A stretch of DNA of 64,000 nt from Patescibacteria group bacterium (GCA_041665585.1 JBAYIN010000005.1:29622-93621), one strand, 5' to 3'. Positions 8,367-19,300 are shown, counted from the first letter of the stretch. Numbers and translations are program-made. The notes: generated by a model from the letters alone, not told the origin.

Positions 8367-8579
8367 ATGGATAGAACTCCAGTCTCATCATCGAACATAG
8401 CCGCCATTGGCTATGATTCAGATACGGAAACTTTAGAAATAGAGTTTCTGAATGGCACCTTGTATGAATATAGAAATGTTCCTCAGGTTATTTATGATGA
8501 GTTAATGCGTGCCCCATCTCGCGGAATATACCTTAATAAAGAAATTAGGAATGCCTATCCCTACTCAAAAATAGGTTAA
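8367..8579 (+). CDS. KTSC domain protein
   Basis: 70 aa. 'VSSSNIAAIGYDSDTETLEIEFLNGTLYEYRNVPQVIYDELMRAPSRG' matches the KTSC consensus. The start is 13 nt after the HerA stop. Confidence 0.85.
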   Translation: MDRTPVSSSNIAAIGYDSDTETLEIEFLNGTLYEYRNVPQVIYDELMRAPSRGIYLNKEIRNAYPYSKIG

Positions 8580-8593
8580 TAATTTTGTTGTCG

Positions 8594-8680
8594 ATGCCTA
8601 TCACTGCTTCCGACCTCTACTCGTACACCTCCTGCCCGCACCGCGTCTACCGCGGCGCGCACGATAACTGCCACCTCTGA
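8594..8680 (+). pseudogene. N-terminal remnant of a RecB/Cas4-like nuclease
   Basis: The 28-codon ORF 'MPITASDLYSYTSCPHRVYRGAHDNCHL*' resembles the conserved N-terminus of putative RecB-family nucleases and then terminates. Confidence 0.4.
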
Positions 8681-8988
8681 AAATTATTTCCCTATCTCTA
8701 TCTCCCCTTCTTTCACCCTCAACCCCACCTTCAAACATCCAATCGCCTCGCGCTTTTCTTCCTTCGTCCCCTCTCGCAAAACTCCCGCTTTCGCGAGGGC
8801 AGGCACCCTTCGCATACTTTCGCACATCCACTTTTGGAATTTTCGCCTCGCCATCCAGCACTCCAGATGTGAATTTCTAATCCAAACAGCAATTATTGAC
8901 GATATGATTACCTATTTAAAATTATCTGTAAGACATTTGCATTACAGATTATTTTAAGTTAAAATTGAGGTGTATTAATTAAAAAAAC

Positions 8989-9234
8989 ATGCCTACCCCA
9001 ACTCTGACTTTCCGCACCAACCTCCGTGATCAAGCGGCTAAAAAAGCTCAAAATATGGGTATTCCGCTCTCTTTGGTTTTGAATAATGCCTTGAGGGTTT
9101 TTCTCAAATCTGATGATAGCGTCATTATCGGTAAGCCTCAAATGATTGAGCTTCCAGCCGATTTGCAGCAAAAGGTTGATGAATTGGGTGAACTGGCTCA
9201 AAAGGCTGTCGCAAAAAAACTCGCTAAAAAATAA
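8989..9234 (+). CDS. Small protein, possible antitoxin
   Basis: 81 aa. It sits immediately upstream (3-nt gap) of a 123-aa ORF. 'TFRTNLRDQAAKKAQNMGIPLSLVLNNALRVFL' looks like a ribbon-helix-helix/DinJ-type N-terminus. Confidence 0.4.
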   Translation: MPTPTLTFRTNLRDQAAKKAQNMGIPLSLVLNNALRVFLKSDDSVIIGKPQMIELPADLQQKVDELGELAQKAVAKKLAKK

Positions 9235-9237
9235 TTA

Positions 9238-9609
9238 ATGTTACTTTTACCTCATTCTATTGTTTTTTATGAATTAGAACCCATCGGTGAATTTTTCCCA
9301 ATTTCATCGATTGTAAAAGCAGCCAAAAAAATTAAAGACGGTCTCGGTATTCCAATTTCGGGTGCTTCGGTAAATTCCAAACTCATCAAAGTTTATCTAA
9401 CCAGCAAACAAGCAGCAGGAAGGGCGGTTTTTCTCGTTAAGCTAAAAGAGGGATACATTATTCCTGTTGTAGTCAGGCTGAAAAAGGATGCTGTCGGTAA
9501 AAATATCACTCCTAAAGATAAAGCTTTCGCTGCTGTTTTAGCAAAAAATCTTGCGCTGATTGCCGAAGATTTAGCCGATGGTAGTTTTGATTTACTGCCT
9601 TTGAAATAA
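9238..9609 (+). CDS. Hypothetical protein, possible RelE/HigB-like toxin partner
   Basis: 123 aa. The segment 'AAGRAVFLVKLKEGYIIPVVVRLKKDAVGKNITPKDK' loosely resembles RelE/HigB-type toxins. Confidence 0.3.
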   Translation: MLLLPHSIVFYELEPIGEFFPISSIVKAAKKIKDGLGIPISGASVNSKLIKVYLTSKQAAGRAVFLVKLKEGYIIPVVVRLKKDAVGKNITPKDKAFAAVLAKNLALIAEDLADGSFDLLPLK

Positions 9610-9925
9610 TTATGCGCTACTACAAAAATCTAAGCCCCAAGGAACGTCGCCGTACAATCTTAAAAGCAGTCGCTTTCAGCGAGGCGATGGAAAATAATAA
9701 GGTAGCTTTTTCGCATTGCAGGAAAGAATTGAAAAACTGGACGATAAAAAGTGATTTTTTGCTTATTTAAAGCGAAATGATGCTCACTTTTAAGTTAGAA
9801 TTAAAATCACTTTTTAGTGTCTCATTTGTCTCATTTTTCTAGGCGACTCACCTGCCTTCTGGCGACTTCGGAAGAATGCCTCTAAAATCCCTGCAGGGTT
9901 GTGACACTAGACTCACCTGTTCAAC

Positions 9926-9985
9926 CAAACTCCGAGCTAGCTTCGAATCCCTGTCTGCCGGCAGGCAGGCCTCCACCCCAACCAA
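9926..9985. repeat. Direct repeat of the tRNA-Gln 3' end, split by a hairpin (right island boundary)
   Basis: 'caaactccgagctagcttcgaatccc' + a ~20-nt insert containing the palindrome 'ctgccggcag' + 'tccaccccaaccaa'. Confidence 0.8.
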
Positions 9986-10005
9986 TAGCTTTTAATCAAA
10001 AATCT

Positions 10006-10461
10006 ATGAAAAAGATATTATTGCCGTTAAGCGTGTTGGGCTTAGTCCTGCTGCTTAGCTCTTGCACAAAAAATACTGAACCGAAAAACGATTGTGAGTC
10101 AAAATGCGAAGCGGTCTGCGAAATGTGCCTAGAAGCTATTACCTGCGAAGAATGTAAAAATGGATGCAGCGTTTGTGGTGTTGCGGTCTTGGACGAAGTC
10201 AAAGAGCAACCGGATTGCGACAAGATAAAAGAAAGAATGTCTCAATGCAATTCACCTAAAGAAGAATCCAATAGCTGCGAAGCAGCATGCAACAATTACA
10301 ACAAGCAATGCCTCAGCTTGGTTCCGAATGCTAATCAGGCTTTATTTGATCAAGGCTACGAATCATGTATGGCTGAGTGCCAAAACTGGACTGGAGAAAA
10401 AATCGACTGCATGGAGACGGCTCAAGACTGCCCGTCGATGACGGAGGTTTGCGGGCTGTAA
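10006..10461 (+). CDS. Cysteine-rich lipoprotein
   Basis: Signal peptide with lipobox 'LLLSSC'. About 20 Cys residues in the mature part. The start is taken at the ATG at 10006, because the upstream part of the tracked ORF is tRNA-derived repeat. Confidence 0.6.
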   Translation: MKKILLPLSVLGLVLLLSSCTKNTEPKNDCESKCEAVCEMCLEAITCEECKNGCSVCGVAVLDEVKEQPDCDKIKERMSQCNSPKEESNSCEAACNNYNKQCLSLVPNANQALFDQGYESCMAECQNWTGEKIDCMETAQDCPSMTEVCGL

Positions 10462-10576
10462 TGCAAAAGACTCTGCTCTGAATAGTCGACGACGACAAGC
10501 TCTACCTGCGAGAAGCGAAGTGAATTTAAATAATAGCTCGTGGTAAAATTCATTTGCACTTTTAACCTTCGCACTC

Positions 10577-10825
10577 ATGAATAGATGTATGGAATTGGGC
10601 GGACCTGGTGGCTCTCCAGAATGTCTGCATGCTCTTTGGCCGTTCATAATCCCCCTGGTGCTGTGGAGTCTTTTTTGGAAAGGACTCGCGCTCTGGCACG
10701 CCGGCAGAAAAGGTCAACCGTGGTGGTTCGTGATTCTGCTGGTGGTCAATACGCTCGGCATTCTCGAAATTATTTATCTTTTCTTGGTTCTCAAAATCAA
10801 GCTTGAGAAGCTTTTCAAGAAGTAG
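10577..10825 (+). CDS. DUF5652-like small membrane protein
   Basis: 'LWSLFWKGLALWHAGRKGQPWWFVILLVVNTLGILEIIYLF' is a family signature common in CPR genomes. Confidence 0.65.
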   Translation: MNRCMELGGPGGSPECLHALWPFIIPLVLWSLFWKGLALWHAGRKGQPWWFVILLVVNTLGILEIIYLFLVLKIKLEKLFKK

Positions 10826-10860
10826 CTCATTTCGAGAAATAGCGTTTGCTTAGCTCCCAA

Positions 10861-10905
10861 TCAGCACTCAAAACCTGCACTTGAGTGCAGCCGAGTGCTG
10901 TTTTT
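10861..10905 (+). terminator. Rho-independent terminator
   Basis: 'cagcactc...gagtgctg' stem enclosing an inner 'gcactcaa/ttgagtgc' hairpin, followed by 'ttttt'. Confidence 0.6.
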
Positions 10906-11027
10906 GGCGATTAATTCGCTTACGAAAGCCATAAATCTGATTTAGGCGGTTATTCTGCTTGCGTAAGCCAAAAAAACGGATTATTCAGCATCTGAGGTCG
11001 TCCAAGTGCTGGTTTGCTCGCTGCGGA

Positions 11028-13364
11028 TCACTCCAGAACCTCGAATTTGACCTGACTGGAGAGCTCGCCCGAACGCGCAGTCGCCGTGTGCTGACCGACT
11101 TTGGGCTGCCATTCGGTGCGGTAGTCGGGTGCTAGAGCGGTACCAATGGAAGCGCCGTCAATGAACCACTCCACACTGCTGACATCTGCCGCTGCGCGCG
11201 CTTCGAAAATAATTTTTTCGTCAGTGTCGGGCACGAGCGGGTCCAGCTCAAAACTGTCGTGGATATTTGGTTTAGTAATCGTGAGACTTGGCTCGGTGGC
11301 AGTGGATGCCGGAGCCTGGCAGAGTGGTGAATGCAGGCGCGGCGGTTCTGTCCAGCCGTTTTCACGCGCCCACTTCTGTAATTCGAGCGGAAAAATCGCG
11401 AACACTTTCGTCTCAGTCGTTTCTGCCGGACAACCCTTGCCGAGCAGTCCGTTGCGCTGGTCAAGCACGACTGGCTGAAAAATGTCATCCGGAACTCGGG
11501 GTTCGGTGCCGGCGCTGAAAGATTCCAGAATTGTCTGCGGACAATACTCCGTCGGTAATTTCCCGGACAGACGGCAAATCGTCGTCGGAATGATTCCGGC
11601 TGGTCGCGCGAAATTGTGCGGCGGCAGGCCGCGCGTCGCCGCGAGCATGACTTCGTGAAAAATCGGACCTGCGCCCGTGACACCGGAAGTTCCGCGCATG
11701 GGAGAATTGTCCGCATTGCCGACCCAGACTCCGACAATGCGGTCGGGTGTGAAGCCGAGCGTCCAATTGTCGCGCGAATTGCGCGTCGTGCCTGTCTTGG
11801 CAGCGACCGGGAAATCGAAAGAGAGTGGCGAATTTTCGCCGAATTCGGGCAGGCGCGCGTTTTGATCCGCGAGCATGTCGGTGATGAGCCAAGCGACGCG
11901 CGCATCGAGAATTGGCGTGCCGGACTGAGCGGGTGCGGTCTGAAAAACTTGCAGCGGCAGAGTCACACCGCCGCGCGCGAAGATGCCATACGCCTGCGCC
12001 AATTCCAGCAGGCGGACTTCGCCGTCGCCGAGCGTCAGTGCTAGACCGTAAAATTCCGGCTCTTGTTTGAGCGTCGTGATGCCGGCAGCTCTCAGCAAGT
12101 TTAATAATTTTTCGACGCCGACTTTTTCGAGGACTTTGACTGCGGCGATGTTGTAGGAATTCGCGAGTGCCTCGCGGTAGCGCACCAGTCCGTGGTAACC
12201 GTAATCGTAATTGCGCGGAATGTAGGGATTGCCTTCCTGCGTGAAGAATTGCGTCTCGATGTCAGCGACGGTCGTGGCTGCCGTCTCCCCTGCCGCGAGC
12301 GCGAGCGCGTAAGTGAAAGGCTTGAGCGCGGAACCGGGTTGGCGAGGCGCGACCGCGACATTCACTTGACCATTGTTTTCCGTGTCCCAATAATCCGCCG
12401 AACCAAGCAGCGCGAGTAATTCACCCGTGTGTGCATCGAGCACGACCACTGCCGCGTCCGTGACATTTTTGTCGGCTAATTTCGCAAGTTCGTTTGTGAC
12501 GATCAACTCGATTTCGCTTTGGAGCTCGAGGTCAAGCGTCGTTTCAATTTTAACGCCAGCTTGCAATTCCTCAGCGTAATTTTGCTGCAGCCAAGCGATG
12601 AAATGCGGTGCGTGCATTTTAATTTTGTCGGCGGCGAGTCTGAGCGGTTCAGCAGTGGCACTGGTGAATTCGTCGGCAGAAATTTTGTCCGTCTCGCGTA
12701 GAGCCGTGAGTACAGTTTGTTGCCGCGCTTGGGCCGCCTCAGGATTCACGAATGGATCGAGATTCACCGGCGACTGCAGCAGTCCAATCAGTAAAGCTGA
12801 TTCTGCCAGACTGAGTTCGCCGACTTGCTTGCCGAGATAAATTTGCGCCGCTGCGCTGATGCCGTAAGCCTGATGACCGAAGTAAGCCGTATTGAGATAA
12901 CTTTCTAAAATTTCGGACTTGCTCAGCTGTCGCTCCAGGCGCAGCGCGAAATAAGCTTCTTGAATTTTGTAACAATAACCACGGTGCTCCGGCTGCAGAC
13001 GATTGCGCACGAGCTGCTGCGTAAGAGTGCTGCCGCCCGCGACGATGCGTCCCGCTTGGAAATTCAAATACGCCGCGCGCAGAATCCCACGCAGACTTAT
13101 GCCCGGATGACTGTAAAAATCGCGGTCTTCTGTCGCGAGCAGTGCGGCGACAATTGTCGGTGGAATATCCGGCAGCGCGATTTTGTCCTGCGCGCCATAA
13201 TCAGCACTGCGCAGGGAATAAAGCAGCTGACCATCACGAGCGAGAATCTGCGTCGGTTCACGCAGGGCTGGATTCGTCAGATTGCCGGGTAGCGGCCAGC
13301 AGAATAGCGCCACCAGCAAGGTCAGCGCTATTCCGAGAACGAACCAACTTTTCTTGAGTTTCAT
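11028..13364 (-). CDS. pbpC: Bifunctional penicillin-binding protein, PBP1C-type (glycosyltransferase + transpeptidase)
   Basis: 778 aa. GT51 motifs 'EDRDFYSHPGI' and 'GGSTLTQQL'. Transpeptidase motifs SxxK 'SALK', SxN 'SYN' and 'KTGTT'. C-terminal PBP1C-type beta domain. Confidence 0.85.
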   Translation of the reverse strand: MKLKKSWFVLGIALTLLVALFCWPLPGNLTNPALREPTQILARDGQLLYSLRSADYGAQDKIALPDIPPTIVAALLATEDRDFYSHPGISLRGILRAAYLNFQAGRIVAGGSTLTQQLVRNRLQPEHRGYCYKIQEAYFALRLERQLSKSEILESYLNTAYFGHQAYGISAAAQIYLGKQVGELSLAESALLIGLLQSPVNLDPFVNPEAAQARQQTVLTALRETDKISADEFTSATAEPLRLAADKIKMHAPHFIAWLQQNYAEELQAGVKIETTLDLELQSEIELIVTNELAKLADKNVTDAAVVVLDAHTGELLALLGSADYWDTENNGQVNVAVAPRQPGSALKPFTYALALAAGETAATTVADIETQFFTQEGNPYIPRNYDYGYHGLVRYREALANSYNIAAVKVLEKVGVEKLLNLLRAAGITTLKQEPEFYGLALTLGDGEVRLLELAQAYGIFARGGVTLPLQVFQTAPAQSGTPILDARVAWLITDMLADQNARLPEFGENSPLSFDFPVAAKTGTTRNSRDNWTLGFTPDRIVGVWVGNADNSPMRGTSGVTGAGPIFHEVMLAATRGLPPHNFARPAGIIPTTICRLSGKLPTEYCPQTILESFSAGTEPRVPDDIFQPVVLDQRNGLLGKGCPAETTETKVFAIFPLELQKWARENGWTEPPRLHSPLCQAPASTATEPSLTITKPNIHDSFELDPLVPDTDEKIIFEARAAADVSSVEWFIDGASIGTALAPDYRTEWQPKVGQHTATARSGELSSQVKFEVLE

Positions 13365-16300
13365 TCTTTGACTTCAAACCAAGTTCCATCAGTCTGACCG
13401 AAAGTTTCCGGGAAATACATTTCGTAGGCACGCGCCGGACGCAAGCGGAATTTACCCGGTGTCGTCGCACGCACTAAGTACTCGTATTCGTAAACTCCCG
13501 CCGGCAAATCATCGGCGAACAAGAAGACCTGATCATCGCGCAACTCGCGGTGATTGAAGTGCCAGAGATTATTTTGCCAGCATTCGTAGCTCCAGTAGTC
13601 TTGGCAGCTGTCAGCGTTGATTGCGCCTTCGAGCAAAGTCTGCTGACTCGTCAGCAAATTCGTGTCGATGGATTCCATACCCGCTGGGAGCGGACTCTCG
13701 ATGGCGACGAAGTGGCGGTCAGCCGGAACTGTGATTGTGAGCTTCACTTTGTAAGTCTCGCCGAGTTGCGCCTCGGTGAGCGCGGAGTCGAATTCGCCTG
13801 ACTTCAAAGGTAAAAGTTCACGCACGATACCGAAACCTTCCTCAGCCGGTGGTAAATCATCCGCAGTGTAAAAGTAAGAAAACAGCACATCGTAATAAAG
13901 TCGACCCGTGCCCGTCTTGCCAATCTTGATTTCATTGTCTTTACCTTGCTTCAAATTATTGAGCGCAATCTCGACTTCACCGCGCGTCAGAATGTTTTTC
14001 TGGTTGAATTGATTCGTCAAAATTTGTTTGCCATTTACGCTGACACCGCTCGTCATATTCGCGCTGAGCTCGCCCGTATTTTTGAGGAATTCGACCAGTG
14101 TCAGAATCGACACCGTCGTGGATTGGGTCGTGTCCCAGTGTCCGTCTTCGCGCACCGCGAGCAAGTAGCGGACGATGCGCGGAATCAAAGCATTCTCAGA
14201 ATCGAGGCGTACGAGCGCCTGTAAAACCGTCGCCGTCGTGCGTGTGTCGGTATTCATGAGCGGACGGTAAAGATCTTCCGTCGCTTCGACGAAGCTCGCC
14301 CCGCGCGCTTCGGTCTTCACATTTGCCAAGATGCCATCGAGTAAGGCGCGCGCTTTTTTCAAGCTTTCCTCCGAACCATATTTTTGCAAAGCCATCGTGA
14401 GCTGCGCCTGACTGAAGAGCGGCAAATTTTTGCGTTGCTCGTAAAGATTATTCAGCAAGCTGATGTCCGTGCTGCCGCCTTCCGCCAAGACGAAAAGAAT
14501 GTAAGCGCGCACAGCCAAATCGATTGGCTGTTTCAGATTTTGATTGCGCAATACACCCGTGAGATAGCGGTGCGCGCGATTCAGCACTTCGGCATCGACA
14601 GCGTAGTTCGCTTTTTGCGTTTGGTTCAAAGCGAAAACAATGTAAGCCGTGAGATAAGGATAACTTTCAGTGCTCCCCGCCCAGTAGCCGAAGCCGCCAT
14701 CACCGCGTTGGAATGAATACAATTTCTGCAAACCACTCGTAATGTTATTTTCGAGCTCAGCATCAGTCGTGATTTTGAAAGCTTCGAAGCCTTGTAATTG
14801 TGCCACCGCGATATTCGGCAAGAAGCTCGAGACGGTTTGCTCGGCGCAGCCGTAGGGAAATTGCACGAGGTAGTCGAGGCCGCCCGGCAAATAAGTCGCG
14901 AGCGTCGGCGAAACACTGATATCCAAATTGCCCGAACTCGCTTCGTCCGCAGTCGGCGCGGACAGAGTCTCCGTCGCGCTGTCTTCAGTGTAGCCAGAAG
15001 TTGCCACTGATTGCGGCGTGCCGAAAATATAGACTGGAATACTCTCTTCGATTTCATCGCGTCCTTCAGCCGTCGTCGCCTTGAAATCCAGCGTCAGCTT
15101 GTCAGTGCGACTGACGGTGATGGGGAAATTAATTTTGCTTTGACCGCCCGCGGCCACTTTGATTTTTTGGGCAGTCGCGCCACGCGACTCGAAGCCCGCG
15201 CCAGTCAGACTCACCGCGAATTCAGCGTCTTGGTCCAGGAAATTATGGACGATGGCACCGAGCTCGATTTCGTCTCCGACCACCGCGAAGCGCGGACGCA
15301 CGGAGCGCACGATGACCTTTTTGGTTTCGACGATCTCCTCCGCCACCGCACCGAATTCACTCGTGCGCGTGCTGCCAATTGCGAGCAATTTCCAAGTCGT
15401 CAAATTGTCGGGCAATTTGAAGTCAATCTGCGCGACACCACTTTGGTCAGTGACGATGCGCGGATTCCAGTAAGCCGTATCCTGGAAATCCCCGCGCTTG
15501 TCCGCATTGACATCCGCGCCGCCACCGCCTTTCGAGCCCGGTTTGAAGCGTTCGATTAGGTAGGTTAGCAGTTCGCTCGTCATGACACCGAGTCCGCGCT
15601 GCGCGTAAAAATTCTTGACCAAATCCGGCAGCTCGAATCCAGTGAGCGCAAGCACACTCATATCGACCGTGCCGAGCGAGAGTTCAGTTTCAATCGGTTT
15701 GCCAGCGGCGTCAGTCGCCTGCAATGTCACGCGGACAGTTTCGCCCGGACCGTATTTTTGTTTGTCGGTCTTGAGCGTGAGCTGCAGTTCTTTCGGTTTG
15801 GTTTCGACGAGCAATTTAGCGTAGCCAATTTTGAAAGCGGGTGCGCCCGTGTCGAGTCCGTTTTCATTGAAAGTTTCGCCCGCGCGCGGTTTGATGATGA
15901 CGACTGAGACGAAGGCATTCGGAATCAAGTCTTTGGTAATCGGAATTTCAATCGACTGCGCATTGCTTGTGATTGTGACGACTTCTTTGCGAATGATATT
16001 CTCGCGCTCGACGGTGATGAGCGCTTTGACATTCGCGCCCTGGTACGGCGATTTGACGAGTAATTTCGCCGTGTCACCGACGGCGTATTCCGGCTTGTCT
16101 GCAATCACATCGATGCGGTCGTTATTTTCGTGCGGCCAATTCACATAAGTGTCAGACCAGGCGTAGATACTCGTACTGGCTTTCGCTGCGCGACCTTTGC
16201 TATCCGCCGTGCTCGCGACCGCGACGAACTGCCCGCCATTTGGAATCTTGATTTTGGCGATTGCCTTGCCATCCGCGTCGGTCGCGACGCTCGTCTCGCT

Positions 16301-19300
16301 GACGAAAGTATCTTTGGCTGCGTTGTCGTAGTAGTAGCTGCCGTCCACATTTTTCTTTTTGATGGAATTCCACTCGCGGGAGAAAAGTTGGATTTGCACC
16401 TTTTGTCCGGCGAGCACTTTGCCCTCAGGCGAGACCGTGACAATTTTTAAGCTGGCATTTTCACCCGGCTGCACGGAATAATCTTCCGGACGAATTCCGA
16501 CATAGACGCTCGATTTATGCACGGGCACAGAGACGCGGTTGCTGACGATTTGATTATTCGGATCGGTGACATCCGCTTCCAGCGTGAGCACTTGGCTGAC
16601 GCTTTTGTCGGCGAGATCGACTGGGAAGCTCAGAGCGAGTTTGCCGTCCGCGTCTAGTTCACCGCTGCCTTCGAGGAGCAAGTCGGACGAACGCGTGCAG
16701 TCCCACCAGCACCAAGCGTCTTCCAGCGCGAAAGAATACCAATCGTCCGTGTATTGATTGAAAAAATAATCGGTGGTTTTGATGCGCCAATTCACCGGCG
16801 CATTCGCGAGCGGCGCGCCAAAATAATAGGCGCCTTCAATGCCGACTTTGATTTGGTCCTTGTCGAAATATTCTGTCGCGGCTGGTGTCAGATCGACGCG
16901 GTACTCCGGCTTGCGGTAAGCCAGCACGGAAAATGACGCGCTGCCGTAATTATTGCCGATGTCCGCATCCGGCATAGTTTGCACGACGAGATTGTAATCA
17001 CCCAAAGCCGCCGCCGAATCGAGCGGTAATTCGTCCGAGAAACTGCCGAATTGCGTGAGATTCAGTGTTTTGTTGTAAATCTCATTACCTTTGGCATCGT
17101 TGATTTTGACGAGCGCCTGCCGTTTTTCTCCCGGCAAATTCAGCACGCCGTCGGAATCGCGCAGTCGAACGATACCTTTGAAATGCACCGTGTCGCCCGG
17201 ACGATAGACCGGTCGTTCGGTGTAAATGTAGGAATCCATTTGGTAATTCGGAAAATCCGTCCCGCGGAAATCCGAACCGAAACCGAAACTCCACGGCTCG
17301 ATGCCGTTATTCCAATTGCTGCCGATGAAAGCGAAATCCGCGCCGTGTTCCGCCGTCACCCAAAATTCCGGCTGATATTCGTTGTAGGGCGTCGTGAATT
17401 TTTTGAGATCCAATTTGGTTGTGAAAAATCCGTCCGCGTCAGTCTTGCCCGTGACGACTTCTGCGCCGCCGAGCGAATTAAATTTGATCAGCGTGTCGGG
17501 CAGTGGCGCGCCAGTCTGCAGGTCAATCGCGAAGACGAGTGCCTGTCCGCCGGAGTATTTCAGCGTCAGCCCGATATTCGTCAGCGCGAAATACTGGTAA
17601 TTAACGATTTCTGAATAATCGCCCCAATCTTGTTTGTACTCTGGCGCCTGCAAAGTCATTACATAAATTCCGGAGGAAAGCGGTTCGCCGGTTTTTTCAT
17701 TCAGGTCGAATGGAATCGCTTCCCACTCGTCGTGCTTATTTTTGGGCGGTGCGAAACTCCATTTTTGGTAGTCGGCAAATTGGCTCAGATTTGGACTATA
17801 CTCATAATCCTGGCTGCGCTGATTGCGAATATCGAGAAAATCCGCCAGCGAAAGTTTGGCGAGCGCGACATCCATTCGGCTCACATTCACCGCATTCAGA
17901 TAATAAATCGGCGCCTTGCCGCTCTCGAAAATTCCAAAATCGCCGGTAGAGTGAATGAAAACTTTTGACGGAATCGGTTCGGTCTTGAAAGTGAGCGCGT
18001 AATCCTTGGGCAAATTTTGACCGAAGCGATCGTGGACAGACTGATCGACGGTCAAAGTGTAAGTCGTACTCGGCACGAGCTGCGGATAAAAACTTATTTG
18101 TTTCGGATCCCACTGAACTGCACGCAATTCTAATTCGTCCCAACCGTCAACTTTTGGGGAGATTGTGATTTCGCCTGCCAAATCAACATCGGATAGTTCG
18201 TTGGAAAATTGCAACTCGATTAAACCGCTTGAATAACTTCCTCTTTCCACGACCATCGCTCCGACCGTCGCGAAATCCACCGGATACTCAGTCGGACTGC
18301 CGAGCCCGCCCAGCGTACTCATGATTCCAGCCGCGACCGTGACGGTGTAATTCGCGTCGAGTGCGAGCGGCACGGCTGGCTCGACGACGAGCACCGTTTC
18401 ATCCGTCATCATTTTTTTATCGACTTCCTTTGTGCCGTAGCTGATGTTTTTAATCTTGAGTGGAACTGTCGAGTTCAGTTGCGGATTTTTGGGATTTAAT
18501 TTTTTCTGCGCCAGTGTGATTTTTTCGTCCGCACTCGCGAGGTCGATTGGCAGATTGAAATTCAGCTCAATCTTGCTGCTCGGTCCAGCTTCCCGACTGC
18601 CCGGTGCCGGATTAGTACTCACGACCTGCGGACGCACCGTGTCGAAGCTGAAACTAAAATCCTCCGTCGTCGGATCACCCGAGAGCGTCGTGAGTCCCGT
18701 CGGAATAGAGACGGTGAAGTGTGTTGCCGGCGGAAGTTTCTCTGTCGGTACGAATTTCGCCGTCGTCGTACCGAGCCAGCGCCAGCGACCGGAAATTTCC
18801 GGCGTAAGCTTGACCGACCAATTCTCAGGATTCGTCTTATTTTGAACGATGGTCAGCGGCACCATCGGTCGATCGAAGACCAGCGTGATTTCCGCGTCCA
18901 CGGGAATTTCTGTGGTCGCGTCAGCGGGAGCATGCGTGGCGAGAATCGGATCGCCGGAAACTGTGAATTGATATTCCAGCGTTTTGCCGAGACGCTGACC
19001 GTCAGCGCGCAAGGCCTGTCGATCCAGCTCAAATTTGTAAACTGCCTGCAGAGTCAGACTGCCGGCGGGGTCGAAGACGAGCGTCTGATCATCGAGCCAC
19101 TTCAAATCGCCCGCGAGCCCAACAGGAATAGTTAAATTTTCTTCGACGCTTCGGCGATCCATCGCGAAAGGCAAACCGAAACGCAAGTCCGAACCAGCGG
19201 CGACTTTTTGATTTTGGTCGAAGCTGAATTGTGGAGTGGGACTTTGCCGCAAAAATAGAGCCAATCCGAGCGCCACCAAAATCACGGCAGCAATGCCGAG

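Larger units (their letters stand above)
5260..9985. mobile_element. tRNA-Gln-associated genomic island (no integrase seen), carrying defence and TA-like genes
   Basis: Bounded by tRNA-3'-end-derived direct repeats (5260-5300 and 9926-9985). The interior is visibly AT-rich relative to flanking genes. Cargo is SIR2, HerA, KTSC and a TA-like pair. Confidence 0.55.

Noticed and set aside
8601-8861. 86-aa minus-strand Arg/Gly/Glu-rich ORF
   Set aside because: It is a low-complexity translation of the C/T-rich tract. It overlaps the nuclease-remnant region and has no start context or motif.
13550-19135. Numerous 60-190-aa ORFs on both strands inside the alpha-2-macroglobulin gene (for example 15011..15559 and 17051..17614)
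   Set aside because: All lie within a single uninterrupted 1998-codon frame that has a clear A2M thioester motif. They are out-of-frame or antisense artefacts.
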